NCBI GenBank assembly: GCA_977030845.1
Contig: OZ365115.1
Coordinates: 20,708,001-20,772,000, forward strand
Source: Fimbriosthenelais zetlandica
Taxonomy: Eukaryota
Reading direction: 5' to 3'
DNA: 64,000 nt
This document shows positions 47,600 through 61,274 of the stretch, one piece after another (the stretch's first letter is position 1; every line of letters begins with the position of its first letter). Position numbers and translations under genes: made by a program. The notes beneath the pieces were generated by a model. It was not told where the DNA came from, did no database searches, and saw nothing but the letters and a program-made list of their open reading frames with translations.

Positions 47600-50400
47600 C
47601 TAATCCAATCTCTCAGTGCATTGTTAATCACATCCCAGGGAAAAAGGAACTTTTCTGTCTTGGGCCCAGGATTAATTTCGTTAAAAGTGTGGTGTTATTT
47701 TTCTTCCAATCTAGGCTATTGTATTACGAGATATGGGATTAAATTCAATACCTTTCTCATGCCTGGCTCCAAGAATGAATGTATGGACTTAACCAACTCA
47801 GTTTGCAGGGTTGTTTGGAAGCTTTTGTATAAGAGAGGTGGGGCGGAGGATGAGAGTGGGGAGGGATCTATTGGAGGAGTATCTGCCTCGACTTTGAAAG
47901 AATGAGATTGTGAGGTGGGATTCACATTTGTGAAATTCACATCTGTGCTTTGGTGAATTCAGCAGTGCTCAGATCACGCAGACTTTTCATTTATCAAAAG
48001 CTTTATAAGATAATGAATATAATAGATGACATAGGGATCAGCTTACCTTGCTTATTCCAACCATTATCTACCTCCTTTCTACATTTCTGGTATTCAGTCT
48101 TGAACATTAACTAGAAATTGATCCATTGTGTTACATTTTGGATAATGTATATATATTTCTGATATATACGAAGTTTGATGAACAGATTTATTATTGTTTA
48201 ATCATAGTACTTTTTTGATTTAAATGAATTTGTAATGCATGTACCATTGCCTATAGGGAAATGAAACATGCTGTGATGCTGAAGTTAATGTTTTCTCAAA
48301 CCCCATGATCCTGACAGTTAAAACACATGGTATAGTAATATTTACTTAGAATTGTCGTATGTATACACACAAGTGTTTTCTCCACAACATGTGTGTTAAT
48401 ATTGGCATAACATACATGCTTCTAATGACAAACCTCTGGGCCCATGCATGCAGAATGTATAATATACATAGACCATCAGGTGTACATTATAGGCTCCGAA
48501 CATCCCTCTATCCGGTGTGCAATAATACATGTCATTTCCTTGCATTGCATAATTATTATGCAGCAATATCCATGACTGATGCACGACGTACATTGTAATA
48601 TAACATTTTAATTTATTAAATGTACACTTCTTGTGTTGGGTGATAACAATCTGTCTCGTTCATGTCTTTTTATGAGAGTTCAATTTACGATGATTGTATT
48701 GAGGGTTGTCTTTGGGATTTAGGAGTGCATGATATGCCTATACCCTTGGATGAAGATTATATCCTTGATAAATCATAAATACTATTCTCTAATGTAGGCA
48801 TACATCGGAGCAGGTGGTATGGAATTATACTTGTATAGTTGATAGTTGCACAGCAATTCAGACATTAGATTCCATTTCGAGCTATTTCCTCTTAATGTCT
48901 CTAATACTATAGAGCATATATATGCAAGTATTAGATGAGAGAAATGGGGCTTGAATTTAATTTTCTCAGAACCTTTTGAATCTTTGGGGAAGCATACATG
49001 TATACTACTGTTGCGGCATTAACTGAAGAACTGAGGAACTTGAACCTCTTCCCCAGGACGATCTTTCACCCATCAACACTATAAGCTCGTGACAAAGCGA
49101 GTTAAATCATTGCCCGCTAGAAAGTCATGCTAAATATCTCCACCCAGCTGTGATTATGTCCTAGGATATCTAGAGTATATGTATGGAGAGAGAGGGGGAG
49201 GAGGTAAAGGATTGAGAGGCAAAACTAGCAGCTAACTGTCTAACTAGGTTAGTGGAACAGAGCTGTGGACTTGTTTTTTACATGAAGACTAGACTAGAAA
49301 TCTTTTCTAAGGAGGGAAGCCTATATCTTCTACCAAGCCCGGTAGATATACTCTACCGTCAGCCACTTCTAAGCTTATCTAGAGTGGATTGTGCTCTTTT
49401 CAGACTTCCTCATTGTTTTGTTTCCAACAATATGTTGGATTATTTGCCATAAATTTCTTCCCAGAATAGAAGATCTAGATCGATATGAGGCCAGTGAATT
49501 AGTCCGCTTTAAACTGATGCGTAACATTATAATGATAACTTGTATATCATGGGAATAGAGAGTGAGACAAGATGTGGGGGGTGGGAAGCAAGATGCATGT
49601 GCATGGGTTTGGCCATTATTGTGTGAAGTATAGATTGGGGGAAAGGCCCCCTGGGCTACTGTAGGTTATGTAAGGACGAACGGTGTCTTTCTTTAGACAT
49701 TTTATCAAGGTATTTTCTGCTTGAATGGAGCACATTTAGGTGAGAGACTTTGATGGGTGAAGAAGTATTGACCTGTTTCTTGAGGAAAATGATTTTTGTG
49801 TTGTGTGATAACCGCAATCTCTCTCAATCATGTCTTCTTTTCGCAAGAGTTCAATTAACGATGATCGTGGCTGTCCTTGGGTTATAATATTAATAAGCCT
49901 GCTTTTGGATGAAACTTCTTTGATAACTGTACAATTGTACATCCATTCATTTCAATGCCTTTCATTTTCAAAGAATTTCTTTCCTTCTTCTTCTAGAATT
50001 ATTCTTCTTTTTCCTCTTCTTTTCCGTCATGTCCTAGTTCCCCTCCTTTCCAATATTTTTCGTTGCCGCAGATTCTCTTCATCTCCAAAAATCGTTTTTA
50101 ATCCGTAATCTGCTCATCCCTCTCCTGAAACTTTTCCAAGCACACAAAAACTTGACACAACGACCTGGGGCGACGAGATTGTCCGCGCGGCAAGGAGCCA
50201 ACGCGTGTGTACGGTGGACCAAAGCGAGGTAACAAAAAATCACCACAAACAACGCTGGTGCTGAAAAGACAGCAAGTAGGGAAGCCACTACAGAGAACAG
50301 TTTTGGCCAGCTATTGGAGGGGCAAGTGGAAAGATAAGTGACTCTTTTTGTGGTTGGAGGATAAAACATAGTTTCTCCCAAAAAGATCCAAAGCCACATA
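47600..50400 (-). mobile_element. Decayed L1/Tx1-type LINE (ORF1, EN and RT remnants in order)
   Basis: ORF1: KKKERNSLKMKGIE (like RRNNLRIxGIPE) and GQPRSSLIELLRKEDM. EN: DLDLLFWEE, DGRVYL, LGGDI. RT: LLYKSFQTTLQTELVKSIHSFLEPG and TTLLTKLI...SSFFPG. CpG-rich 5' region at 50150-50480. Confidence 0.5.
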
Positions 50401-53400
50401 GAGCTAACCCTACTAAATTGTCACGACTGCGTTTGGGAAGCGGACGCGTTAGTAGAGCGTCCCATCGAGAATGAACGACTAGGATTGGTATCAAAAGGGT
50501 GGAGGCAGACTGACAACAATGCAGGTACTTGGTATAAATATTCCACAATTCCACGCCACTCATACCTGTAGTTATCCGGAGAATCAATTGTATTATATAC
50601 ACTTCAAGCTTCCTTTCATCAGTGATGGTGCTTTATGACAAGGGCAATGGAACTTGTACGTTCTTGGTTGTAGCCATAGGCTTTTGGTGCTAGTCCTTTG
50701 TATGGCAAATACACAGCATCACATCTCTCCAAGACATCATCAATGATTATGTAATGAAGACTACCAATTGAATTCATCTATCTTAAAAAGGAGATAAGAA
50801 TGAAGATGATGAGAGAACAGAAAATGTGGGTCAGTTTGTGACATATAACACCAGGCTTGGTGTGTCTCTCTCTATATATCTAACCAGCTGATCACCGTGT
50901 TTTGTGCTCGTGTTTCGCCCACCACTCCGTCATGGTTGGGGACTTTTTTTCCTGTTTAATATTATGGCTGCCTTAGTTCCCTGTGAAGCAGGCTATGGGT
51001 GCAGTGAGTATGTTAGCTTCTTTTGTTCCATGTTTTTATGCCATGATGTGGGTGGTATCGAATCAAGTTTTTTTCCCATATGTCTTTCCACTTACGATGA
51101 TCATAATAGCATATCTTTCGAATGTTTTATGTTATGCCATCAGATGTGCTTTGAAATTCGAGTCGAGACGTTTATGTGTTAAAATATGACGTTTTTATTA
51201 TGAAATTGGAAATTTATTCCATGGACTGTAGTTTTTGCTTTGATCGTTTATGATGATTTATGATCATTCATGGTGTATTATTAAAGGATAGGTTACTGCC
51301 TTTGGGTATTAAGGGTAATGGGATATACCCGGATAATGTTAATGGGTTATACCTAATACTAATGTGTAATACTTAATGATTGATGAAAAAGTAAAGTTTC
51401 CCGGTGAAAAGCAGCAATAACTGGTCTGAATCTGGGAGAGGATAAAGCGGACAATATATGTTCAATCCATGCGAATGGCTGAGCCATACAATCTAAATAT
51501 CAGCCCTATACTAACACTCAAATCGTGAGGTGCTATTTCCTGTGATCCCAACTGGCTTGAAGCAGGGAATATATTAGTGGGGCATTTAAAGCACATGTCT
51601 GAATTCAGTGGAGTTGACATATTTATAAAATGTTTGCAGATTTCCTTCAGACACTCTTTGATCACCCTTAGACCTCCTCGTGCATGAATCCTCATTGTAT
51701 GAAAAAATTGCTACCCACATGAAGTTGATGTTGGTCTGAGAGTCACTTCAAATACATTGGGCTATTAAAACATAGCTGTGAAGAGCCCTAGATGCCAATA
51801 TAGATTGAACTGGAAAGATTTGGAGATGTTGATAATATGATATGATATGACCTGGATCTTGATATGTGAATGCTTTGAGGTGGGTGTATATAAAAAAAAT
51901 TAGATTGTGTCAGTTAAACACATGTTAGAGAGTACATTGAGGATTGTGAGAGGTGATGGATTGGTGGAAGTGGGTGGTATATTATACTAGAATGTCTAGA
52001 CTAGATACCTCCATTCTGTTATATAGAGCTGTACACATACACACTCAGTCTCTTGTCGCAGCTTGTTTTTTTCTGGTGATCAGCTGGGTTGGACGGTGTT
52101 AGTAGAGTCTATAGTCTGGTTTTTGGTTCTCTGGTGTTTTATGTAGTCTCCTCGTCCATGTTTACCACTATTTATACAGGGAGTGGTACCTAGTTGGCGT
52201 CTGGGTGTGACTGATGTAAAAGTAAAGCACACAAAACAATTTCTCCTGTTTAATTGTGTGATATATCAAGGCTTATATCATGCTATTTCATTCATTCATT
52301 TACTCATCTGGGCGTTCGGTCTTTATAGATTGTTTAATAGTTTTGCAGTTTTAAAATTACTATTATTATTCGGAATAAACGGTTAGCGTAATTATGATAT
52401 CTATAATTATCTTCAACATTTCATTATAGCTCACTTAGATTTGAGAATACAGAATATTCTTGTCTGATTAAGTGACTTTTATACTTTGGAAAAAGGCTCG
52501 GACCTACTGTATATTTTATTCATATAAGACACCTTATGTCTGTACCAATCTTTGTACACAGACAGTCTGTAAGTTGTCTAAGTGAAATTCATATTTAAGC
52601 CGTACATCTGGGAGCTTCCTCTTTTCACTTTCAATCCTTATATATGGCCACCAGCCTGTCAGGTGGGGAGAGATAGTGAAGATAACTAGCTCATATATAT
52701 AGGTAACCTTAGATGTGATGTATTGACTACAGTGAATCTACTCACAGAGACATCAAGGGTTGCAACCCCAGCACACAAAGACAAGTGCATGAGTTAACAT
52801 TTGACTTCCCAATTGGCCTACAGACAAAGGGGAGGTGGGGGTGGTGGTTGTAGTGGAGGGGGCAGATGGCTTATCGCCTCCCATCCTTGTCCATCTGCCC
52901 TGTCATCTATTCTGAAGCAATATACAAGAGCATAGACGGATGAATAGAAAACATGTATCAACTGTGGATATAAAAGTAGCTTCAAAATGCATTGTGTAAG
53001 ACATCAATCTGTAGAAATTGATTGTTAAAATGGGAGATGGCGTATTATCAACCACACCCAGTCAGTTCGATCTAGCCATTTAAAAAAACTACAGTACATG
53101 TATTAAAGCAATAGCAATGTTATTTATGAAGCTCATTTATCTGTGATGCAACGATGCAGGTGAGTACTCTCCCCTGATTGCCAAAGTGATTTATTTTACC
53201 AATTTACACATCTTCAAGCTATATGCACTAATAAACCTTTGCATTATTATGCCCTCGATGAGTTATAGTTTTTAAACTTTGCATCAAAGATTGCCTTAAT
53301 GTGCATTTTTTCTTTCTTTATTGAATGTCATCGGTGACACCTCCAGATCTGTAGAGCTCATGCACTGGGGTCTTACACCTGTGAAAAATTCTCTTAAAAC

Positions 53401-54257
53401 TCGTGAAGTAGGTCAGAAGACAATGCTTCCCTCATCCTCTGCTTTCTGTAAACCGGTGCCGGTGTGCCTAAACACTTGGCTTTTATACAGATTACCGGTA
53501 TCGGGCTTTTGAGAGGCCAAGTGACAGAGATGTAGGGGGTTGGGGGATGTGAATAGCGAGGAGCCATGTATGTAACCAGAGTTTAAGGTTTACACCTACA
53601 ATGAACCTCACGGCTTCACAATGCCTTACGGTTGAAATTTGAATCAGCACCTGGGGTGATTTTCGATGGGGGTAAAAACGTGGGGACCCTATATCATCTT
53701 GTGGGGTGGGTGGCAAGATAAAATAGTTAATAGCAAAGAATATAAGATTATAAAGAACACAACTTTGAATTTATCGCTCGTTTTTCACTCTTTACGATTT
53801 TACGATTTACGATCATAATTTACGAAATGATTTTTTTTATAATGACGTTTCCTATTTTGTTGGTATAATCTTGATATTCAATTCCAGTATGGCGCGATAA
53901 AACTACCATTACCTAAAAAAATATTTTTACTCTCTTTTTAATGCATTACGAACTTTACATGCAATTAGCTTACTTTCAAGCTGTCTCCAAATTAGGTGAC
54001 TACACATCGACGTTCCTGCTCTGAAGTGACCCTTTTACCCTGACATATGCTAGAGTAACTAATCAATGCTGCAATCCAACAGTTCATAAATGACTCATAT
54101 GAAGCATTTTCTTATGGTTCGTAATATTTCTAGTCAATCAGACGCTAAAAGCTGCCTTCAAACCCCACATCTTTCTTGATTGAGGACATGCTATTTGGAG
54201 GCATTTTTATACTTGTCCACAAGCTACCCTGAACGTTTTTTGACCCAAGTTCTGTTA

Positions 54258-54276
54258 ACTTCCGTTCCTGACGTCA
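54258..54276. promoter_or_regulatory. ETS + CRE motif pair
   Basis: ACTTCCG 54258 and TGACGTCA 54269. Confidence 0.3.
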
Positions 54277-54349
54277 CGAGCTTCGTTGCTGTCACTGACA
54301 CAAAACTTTTAGTCCCAAAAAACAAGCTGACAGCTGCCACTTAGGCCGG

Positions 54350-55150
54350 CTAAGTCATAATTGGGATATGATCGTGTGTATGTGGCACTGGCGACTTGTT
54401 AACCACACCAGATTTGGACCCAAACAGGGAGATTCTGGTTGGAAAGACAGACAATTTAAACTGGTGACAGGGGTGATTTTCATTCAGGATATGGCCATTT
54501 AGTCTGACACGGAGGTGCTGGTCATAATTTACAATGGGATTTTTGTTAACTTCATCAAGCTCCACTGTTCTTATTGTTATAGTCCATCTTGGTATTTATT
54601 GAGGCTTGTATTAGATGGTCTTGTCACGTTCAGTGGGAGTGGAGAGAGGTGTTGAAGGGGAATGGATCTGGAGATTTGAGCAAAAGGAAGGTTCCAAAGA
54701 TTAGGAGAAAGCAACTGAATGGAATAAATGGCGAGAAGAGAAAATGTCAATGAAGGCTTAATTGACAGGTAGAGAGAGGGAATAGAAGGATAGTACGCGA
54801 GGAGGGATACATCTATGATGGGATGAACGATTAACAAATTAAGAATTAGTGGAATGGTGCGAGATAAGGTGGAAGGGAAGAGTGAAAGAATGGAGGAATA
54901 TTCGGAATAGGGGGAGGATACGATTTCCACTTTAGATACCTACCAAGCCCAAAAGAGAAAGTTACGTGTCCAAAAAAATCTAGACAGGAGCAGCTCAGTC
55001 CACCAAAAAAGGACCTGAGCAATTGGAAAACATTCCAGGGAGCTTCTCCGGACTCAGAAAAAGTTGATGAATGACTGGTGGGGCTGGGATTACTCTGTGA
55101 GGGCAAGAGTTAGCATTTAAAGCTGCCCTTAATGCAACCTGGTAATGGTC
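54350..55150 (-). mobile_element. Possible highly decayed LINE RT remnant
   Basis: Weak collinear resemblances: STFSESGEA (QxGFRxG), PSLTFSLLAIYSIQL (PxLFxLYxxDL), LRVRLNGHIL...CLGPNL (LNG...YLGVxL). Confidence 0.25.
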
Positions 55151-56289
55151 CTCCTATTGGAAATGCTACTGCCTCTCTACCTCCCACCCACCTGTTTTCA
55201 ACACTGAACCGTAAATAAATTCTCGCTTTTAGTATCCCCGTTTCACCCCATGAATGATGTGTTCTTTGAAAAGGGAACCAACCCTAGGTTAGCCATGCAA
55301 GCAAAATAATATATGATTTGTATACATTTATACACTCTTATGGAAACAAAATAACCTCATATGAAATGGTTTGGGGGCAGGATGGTAATTGCTAATGATA
55401 ATTACTCCCTATATCATAGATAATGAGGTAGATAACTCATAAATACTCAGCACAGAACTTTGCTATATATAATTATGTGAGTGGGTTAGTAAGTGTGCTT
55501 AGATTGTAATATGAAAATGGCCCTTTAATAAGTATGAGGTAAATATGAGAATGGTTATATGGGCACAGAAATGCATGCATTGTTATGCTATGGCCTTGGT
55601 TTTACATCCTGCCATATGGGAGGATGGGGTTTTAAGACATTCCCTAAAAAGAAGCTTCACTTTATAATTTAATGGTTCTTTCCTCTGTAACAGTTGGCTT
55701 CCATACGGGAAATCCTGTCCTGATTTTTCTAAGAACATTTCTCAAAGAAATGCAATGCTTTGTATTCGTGTATACTTAAAATGTTATGCCCCAATAGAAA
55801 TTACAATGCATCCCATAAATACCATTACACCTGTCTTCTCACAATGATTTCAGTCTGACAAACCTAGAAAACTACAGCAGTTGATAAATAATGAAAAGGC
55901 AAATCGTGAATTGGGATGTCGGACAAAACAATTTAGTGAACAATTAAATTACTTTCAAGGTTTCGGGTATCTCGGGTTGGATTCACAAAGTATCAAAGAA
56001 TCCATTAAAGATGGATAAGACTTAAGGGACAAAGTTCCTTTGTGTAGGGCAATTTCTTACTTAAATTCCATGATGTTATTAAAATTGGCACCACAATTAA
56101 AAATGTAAACCAATTCCCAGTGTAAAAGCCCAAACAATATTTCATGTCATAATATATAGTATTGTTGATAATCGAGGATGGATTTTTTTATAGGAAATTA
56201 TGTAAAGTATGGTCTTGAAAAAAGTGTGACTTTTGGTAGGAATGTAGAAGTAATATCGTCCGTTCTCACTTTACTTGAACAATTGACAG

Positions 56290-56456
56290 TAAATTAGTCC
56301 CTCTGGGAAGACACTGACTGTCCAGTAGAAGTACACAAATCCAGTTCCACACGTACAGCTAGGTGATGATGGCATACAGACGAGTACTGGGATGCCTTCA
56401 GGGCATTGTAACCCACAGGCACCCACTCGTTTATTACAGTCAAATGGAAGACCACA
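56290..56456 (-). pseudogene. Cysteine-rich exon resembling a TIL (trypsin-inhibitor-like) domain
   Basis: Acceptor atgtttttatctgacttatcatag| is followed by CGLPFDCNKRVGACGLQCPEGIPVLVCMPSSPSCTCGTGFVYFY (7 Cys in 36 codons). A frameshift gives GQ-CLPRG, similar to TIL GCxCxxGFV...GxCV. Confidence 0.3.
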
Positions 56457-57269
56457 CTATGATAAGTCAGATAAAAACATTACAAATAAAATGTCAGCAA
56501 AAAATCTTACTTAGCTTTTGCCTGTCACAATCTCAAGCCTGAGTTTTTGACTTTAATGGCTTGTTAGAAACCGCTAATGATGTTGATTGACCATGTCACT
56601 TAACGTCATAAATGTTTGTTTTTGTCTTGGCCGAGGGAGAGATTCTTCTTTTAATTCTTGGAGATTCTTTCTTTGGGCTTTGACAAGGCATGTGTGAGCG
56701 TTGACAAATTTACTAGAGAAAGGAATGTGAATTGTGTTTCTTTTAAGAGCCCGCGGCCAACTGGCGATAGCAGCGTAGTTGAAACTAAATATCGTCGTCC
56801 AAAATGATTATATTAATTTTTTAAATAGAGTGATTATTTATTTACAATGACCAACTGATGGACATCTGAAGATAGGATTGTATATATTCTGGAGTTCAAA
56901 TTGGCTTTGTTTAGTGCTCATCTCCATATTATATTTCAGCCAATCTCAACTAATAAAGATATGTCAAGTATTGCTTTTGAACTTGAGAGTTGCCAAATAA
57001 GAGTTTGTCATATAGAGTGTAAAATGACATCCTTATAAGATGCACCAAACTTAAATACTCTTATTTAAGACGATACCTATATAATATATATGTTTCCCAG
57101 ACAGTTAATTGCTTAGTAAAGCAGTATTCCACCTCCCTTGATGAACCTTCCCAGGGCTTATTTATGTTTGACAATTTCTAATCAATATTTTCGACCTGAT
57201 AATGGAGCTCTCTTTATTTTTCCAAGCCCTTTCTTTGAAGGGATTTTAGCAGAATCGTGCACTAATAAC

Positions 57270-57492
57270 ACTTTTTCCCTCGCACCAAGTTGGGGCTCTT
57301 CTGATCACCTCTCCTTCTGATTTCTAAATTCGATCAAGGTATCATAATGAACAACTTCTTATCAAGAACTAGATATTAAAAGTCCTCACTCAGCTCGGTT
57401 GAATTCATATCAAGACACAACTTCAGCAAAACCCCTCTCAGTCTAGACAAATAGCGAGGCACTAACTCAAAAGTTTCACCACTTAAAACTTT
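57270..57492 (-). pseudogene. Degenerate death-fold (DED-like) exon
   Basis: After a pyrimidine tract and AG: KVLSGETFELVPRYLSRLRGVLLKLCLDMNSTELSEDF*YLVLDKKLF...*SNLEIRRRGDQKSPNL, versus DED consensus FRxLLxxISxxLxxxELxxLKFL..D...LFxxLExRG..xxNL; two stops. Confidence 0.28.
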
Positions 57493-58477
57493 CTCGGAGT
57501 TTGTAAGAGTTGAGAAAGTAAAAGTTCATGCGATTGAGTTAAATGAAATGCATTATCCTAGCTTTTAGATAAATGAAAACTTGAGGCATTTATAAGAGCT
57601 GTATCGTGACAAAATATGGTACTTCCAAAGGTGAACTTTGTGTAATTCCCAGTGTACGATAATCAGATGGGAAGAGATGGCTGGGAGTTCATATTCCCAT
57701 CTAAAAACTTCGGCAATATAATGCCGTCCAATATTATTGCATAATGATTTCGTGGGCCAATATCCAACTGTCTTTTTTCTAAAGGTTAACTCTTAAAATT
57801 ATTAACTGTTGTTGAGATTGAACTTTTAGATGGTTTGATTTATTAAGTCAGCCCCTTGCATAAGAAATTTATTCATGATTTTCTTTTACTAAAGAAAGAT
57901 TTCTGGGTAAAATTGAAGTCAATTGAGAAACCTGGGCAGACACGCAGATTAACCCACACATGCAACCCTTCCCTTAGAACAAAAGCCAGTTATCCCCGAA
58001 ATAAATGTTTCGAACCAGGAAAAAACCCCCAATTTCCAACCTACTACCTGGAATACTCCCTTAAAATGAATACCAAGATATTTTTCTCTTCTCTGCTAAG
58101 AAAAAACTGAGTAGGCCTATAGATTAAGAGGACGACATCTCATTTCGACAGTCATTAATCCGGTACTTATATTGCATATCTCCTGCACATGCATAGCTGT
58201 ATTTGCAACACACACTGGTAAAACACACCTTGAAAAGTGCACACATGAAGTAATGCAGGAGTGGCTCCAGCTGGCGGCGGAAATTCATGTTGCACCCTTG
58301 AGGGAAAAGGTCGGCCATCTTGGCCGCTCCTTTGGGAACCGACAGCAGGGGAGGTCCCCGGGTTAAAACAGCTTCTCCTGTCAATTCTCCAGCACCTGGA
58401 GAGAGGTGGGAGGGGGTGTGGGAGAGGCTTGGTTCCTCCTGGCCATGTTGTGGGGTGCATGGTTTTTAATTGGGATA

Positions 58478-58800
58478 AGTTATGGAAACATGAGGGCCTT
58501 ATAAGGATATCCAAGTGTGGAGGAATATGTCTCAAAATCAACATATATAAAGGGGCTTGGTATAGAATAGTTTGGTATGGAAATATTAAATTTTACCCTT
58601 AGCATGGATCAATGTGGTGATAATTAATTGGAACAATTGTTGGCATTTGTACATAATGGATATTTTATGTATGAATTACAATTATACGGAAATAAATGTG
58701 GAAGAAGATCAACAGGGCGAATTTTTTATTGGCCCTGAAGACAAAAAATCTCCAATTTCTATAATGTCTTGCTTTAACTTATTGGCAACGTCACTAATAC
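58478..58800 (+). mobile_element. Decayed L1-type LINE endonuclease fragment
   Basis: SYGNMRAL (like SxNVRGL), WYGNIKFYP*HGS (like WxGxxFxSxG) and EEDQQGEFFIGPEDKKSPISIMSCF (like DxxGRFII...ITLINxY), collinear. Confidence 0.45.
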
Positions 58801-61274
58801 ATTATTGCTATTTAAAACGCTTGGCAAATAGAATGCAATGAATCGTCATCACAATAACTAATTAGGGATAAGGGAGAGAGGGGAAGGTATTGAAATGTGT
58901 GTATATGCCGTGTGTCTCTTTATACGATTTGGTTCCCTGTGTTACATTTTCATTAATTTGCATTTTATTCTGTAACCAAAGAGCTAGAAGCTGAATGATG
59001 ACTGAGAGGGAGAAACAAAATGAAAGAGGTATTAAATAGTTGGGTACAGATACATTACAGCCCCCAGCATTTTTCACCCCTACAAATTATCGCCACAGTG
59101 AAGCCTTTAATTTTCCCCACCCTGAACAACAGGCCCTAGAGCGTGGTGTATGTATATGTGTGCGGACTGGGGGCAAATCGATTAATATACTTCTAACACC
59201 CTCCCCGAGTCAGAGCTTCTATAATGAGGCATTTTTATTTTAGGCCAGGCGAGTGGGGTCTACTAATAGGGGTATAAATATTCGTGGTTTATGCCCCTTA
59301 GGGACCTGTGCAAAGGTGGGCATGGAAAGTTTTGGTACATACGTCATGATTGTAGCTAAATACTTGAACATGCTTTTCATGTATCTACCAGCTACTATGC
59401 GTCTCAAATACATACAATTTTAAAAGTACATAATATACTTTTCCTGGAATGCAATTGAATGTATAACATGTATCTAGGATGATGCTTCATTATGCAATAA
59501 CTGCATTAGGCCAATACTTTGCACATACATAGCATTGTTACTATATAATACATATTGTTGTTCTTTCAGCAATTATTTTCTGATCATATTGAAATCCATG
59601 AAACCCGTCTGAAATTAGACTTTGTATCCATGGTCTGCTCTCTGCCTTTAATTATTCAGTTGTTTCCATGGAAATGCCCCAGCCTGGTGCCGTCCATTAT
59701 GTCCCCGGTAATCAAAGGGCCTTTCTCTGCGAGTTTCTCTGGGCCAGGCTGGCTGACTGCTGGCTGGCTGGGGGCCCTCGGGGGCCGTGGGAGACCGGAC
59801 CAGCTGTATGTATGTCCTCGGTAAAACATGATGTTCAGCTCCGCTTAAAGGCTCCGACCGACCTCGGTCTCCCTCGACCCATATCATTCCAAATGCAAGT
59901 TCAACAACTATAAGACCTACAGCGGCATGGAACAATGGCCATTAGGCAATAAGCAAATTAGGCAATGCTCAATATTTTAGTTAATTTATACAAAGTTTAT
60001 CACTGACGCAATTCTCACGTTTGATTATTGTTGGCCAGGTTGCACATAATAGAGCATATTTTTCATTATTTTCGCACTTTTTGATGCTTCTGTCGAGTAT
60101 TGAAATTGCGATGCAAAACTGTGGATGATTCATAGATGTTTCTGGTAGTTTTCTATTAATGTGTATCCACACAAAAGTCCTGTGTCAGGGGTTCTAGAGT
60201 GGGCACAGTGAACACTCCCACAGAAATTGACACGCAGACGCAGAAAGTGATGACAAAAGCACACAAAATGATGACAAAAACATGCCGCCTGTCTACGATT
60301 GACACTTGTTTGGAGGTTTTTGCTCTTTGGGCTTTTGTGTAACTGGTGGACGGGAATGGTCGGCTTCCCAGGCGTTTAGCAAAAGACTGGCCAACATTTC
60401 CACTCCTGCCATTGCTAGTCCCCTTCATATTGCTTCCCCAGTTCTGTACTTTCTGTACATTTGCAATTCTCTCTTGTTTCTATACATCTCCTCTGACGAA
60501 TTTCTTTATTTTTCTTTCCCGTCAACTATAGCTGAGCTATTGAAGTGTATAGCAGTATATCCAGACCAACTCCCCCAGCCTCATACCCCAATATGTATAA
60601 AGCTCCAAAGGCTCACATCAGACTGCAAATCTCAGCTTAAGCATTCTCTCTTCGATTATATTTTATACAATTTGATAAGATGAGAATAAGACTTGGATAG
60701 AAGATATAGAATAACAACTTACTACAAACAGATAAAAGTGCACTGTTTAATTTTTCAGATTTCCCCAAAGTTAGCCTTTAATGATTGTAATTCATCTTTA
60801 ACAAAATCATTCAGAAATTAATATTTTAAATCATAGAGTATATGGAAGGATATGACAATGGTAAACTCTAGGGGATTGAAGGGCAATTTTTCAGCTTTAT
60901 CTTCACATATGACCATTTTCTCTCCACTTCCCAGACTTCACACGCTAGCCTTATTTTCTCTCCAATACTGTCGTGACCCAGTTCCGACCAGAGCAATAAT
61001 AATACCTCCCTGATTTGTGTTGAGTATTTTACAATAGAAAACGATTCCCTTCCCCCAGAGCCGCGGCGACTTTTTAACGTGCCAAGGCTTTTTGCCACAC
61101 GGCGAATAAAACCACCGATCCTGTTAGCGAGGAGCTGGCAATAGGTTAGTTCCAGAAAAAGCCGCACGAGGTAGACGCTGACTAGAAATTAGACCACGTG
61201 CAGACTGGTTTTAGCCGCGTCTCAGTTTTATCATTGGTGATGCCAATTGGGCCCTGAATCTCCGCTCTTACTGC

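Noticed and set aside
50964-51003. MAALVPCEAGYGC|gtgagt as a THAP-domain first exon
   Set aside because: Cys spacing (C-x5-C) does not fit THAP and no downstream THAP exon was found.
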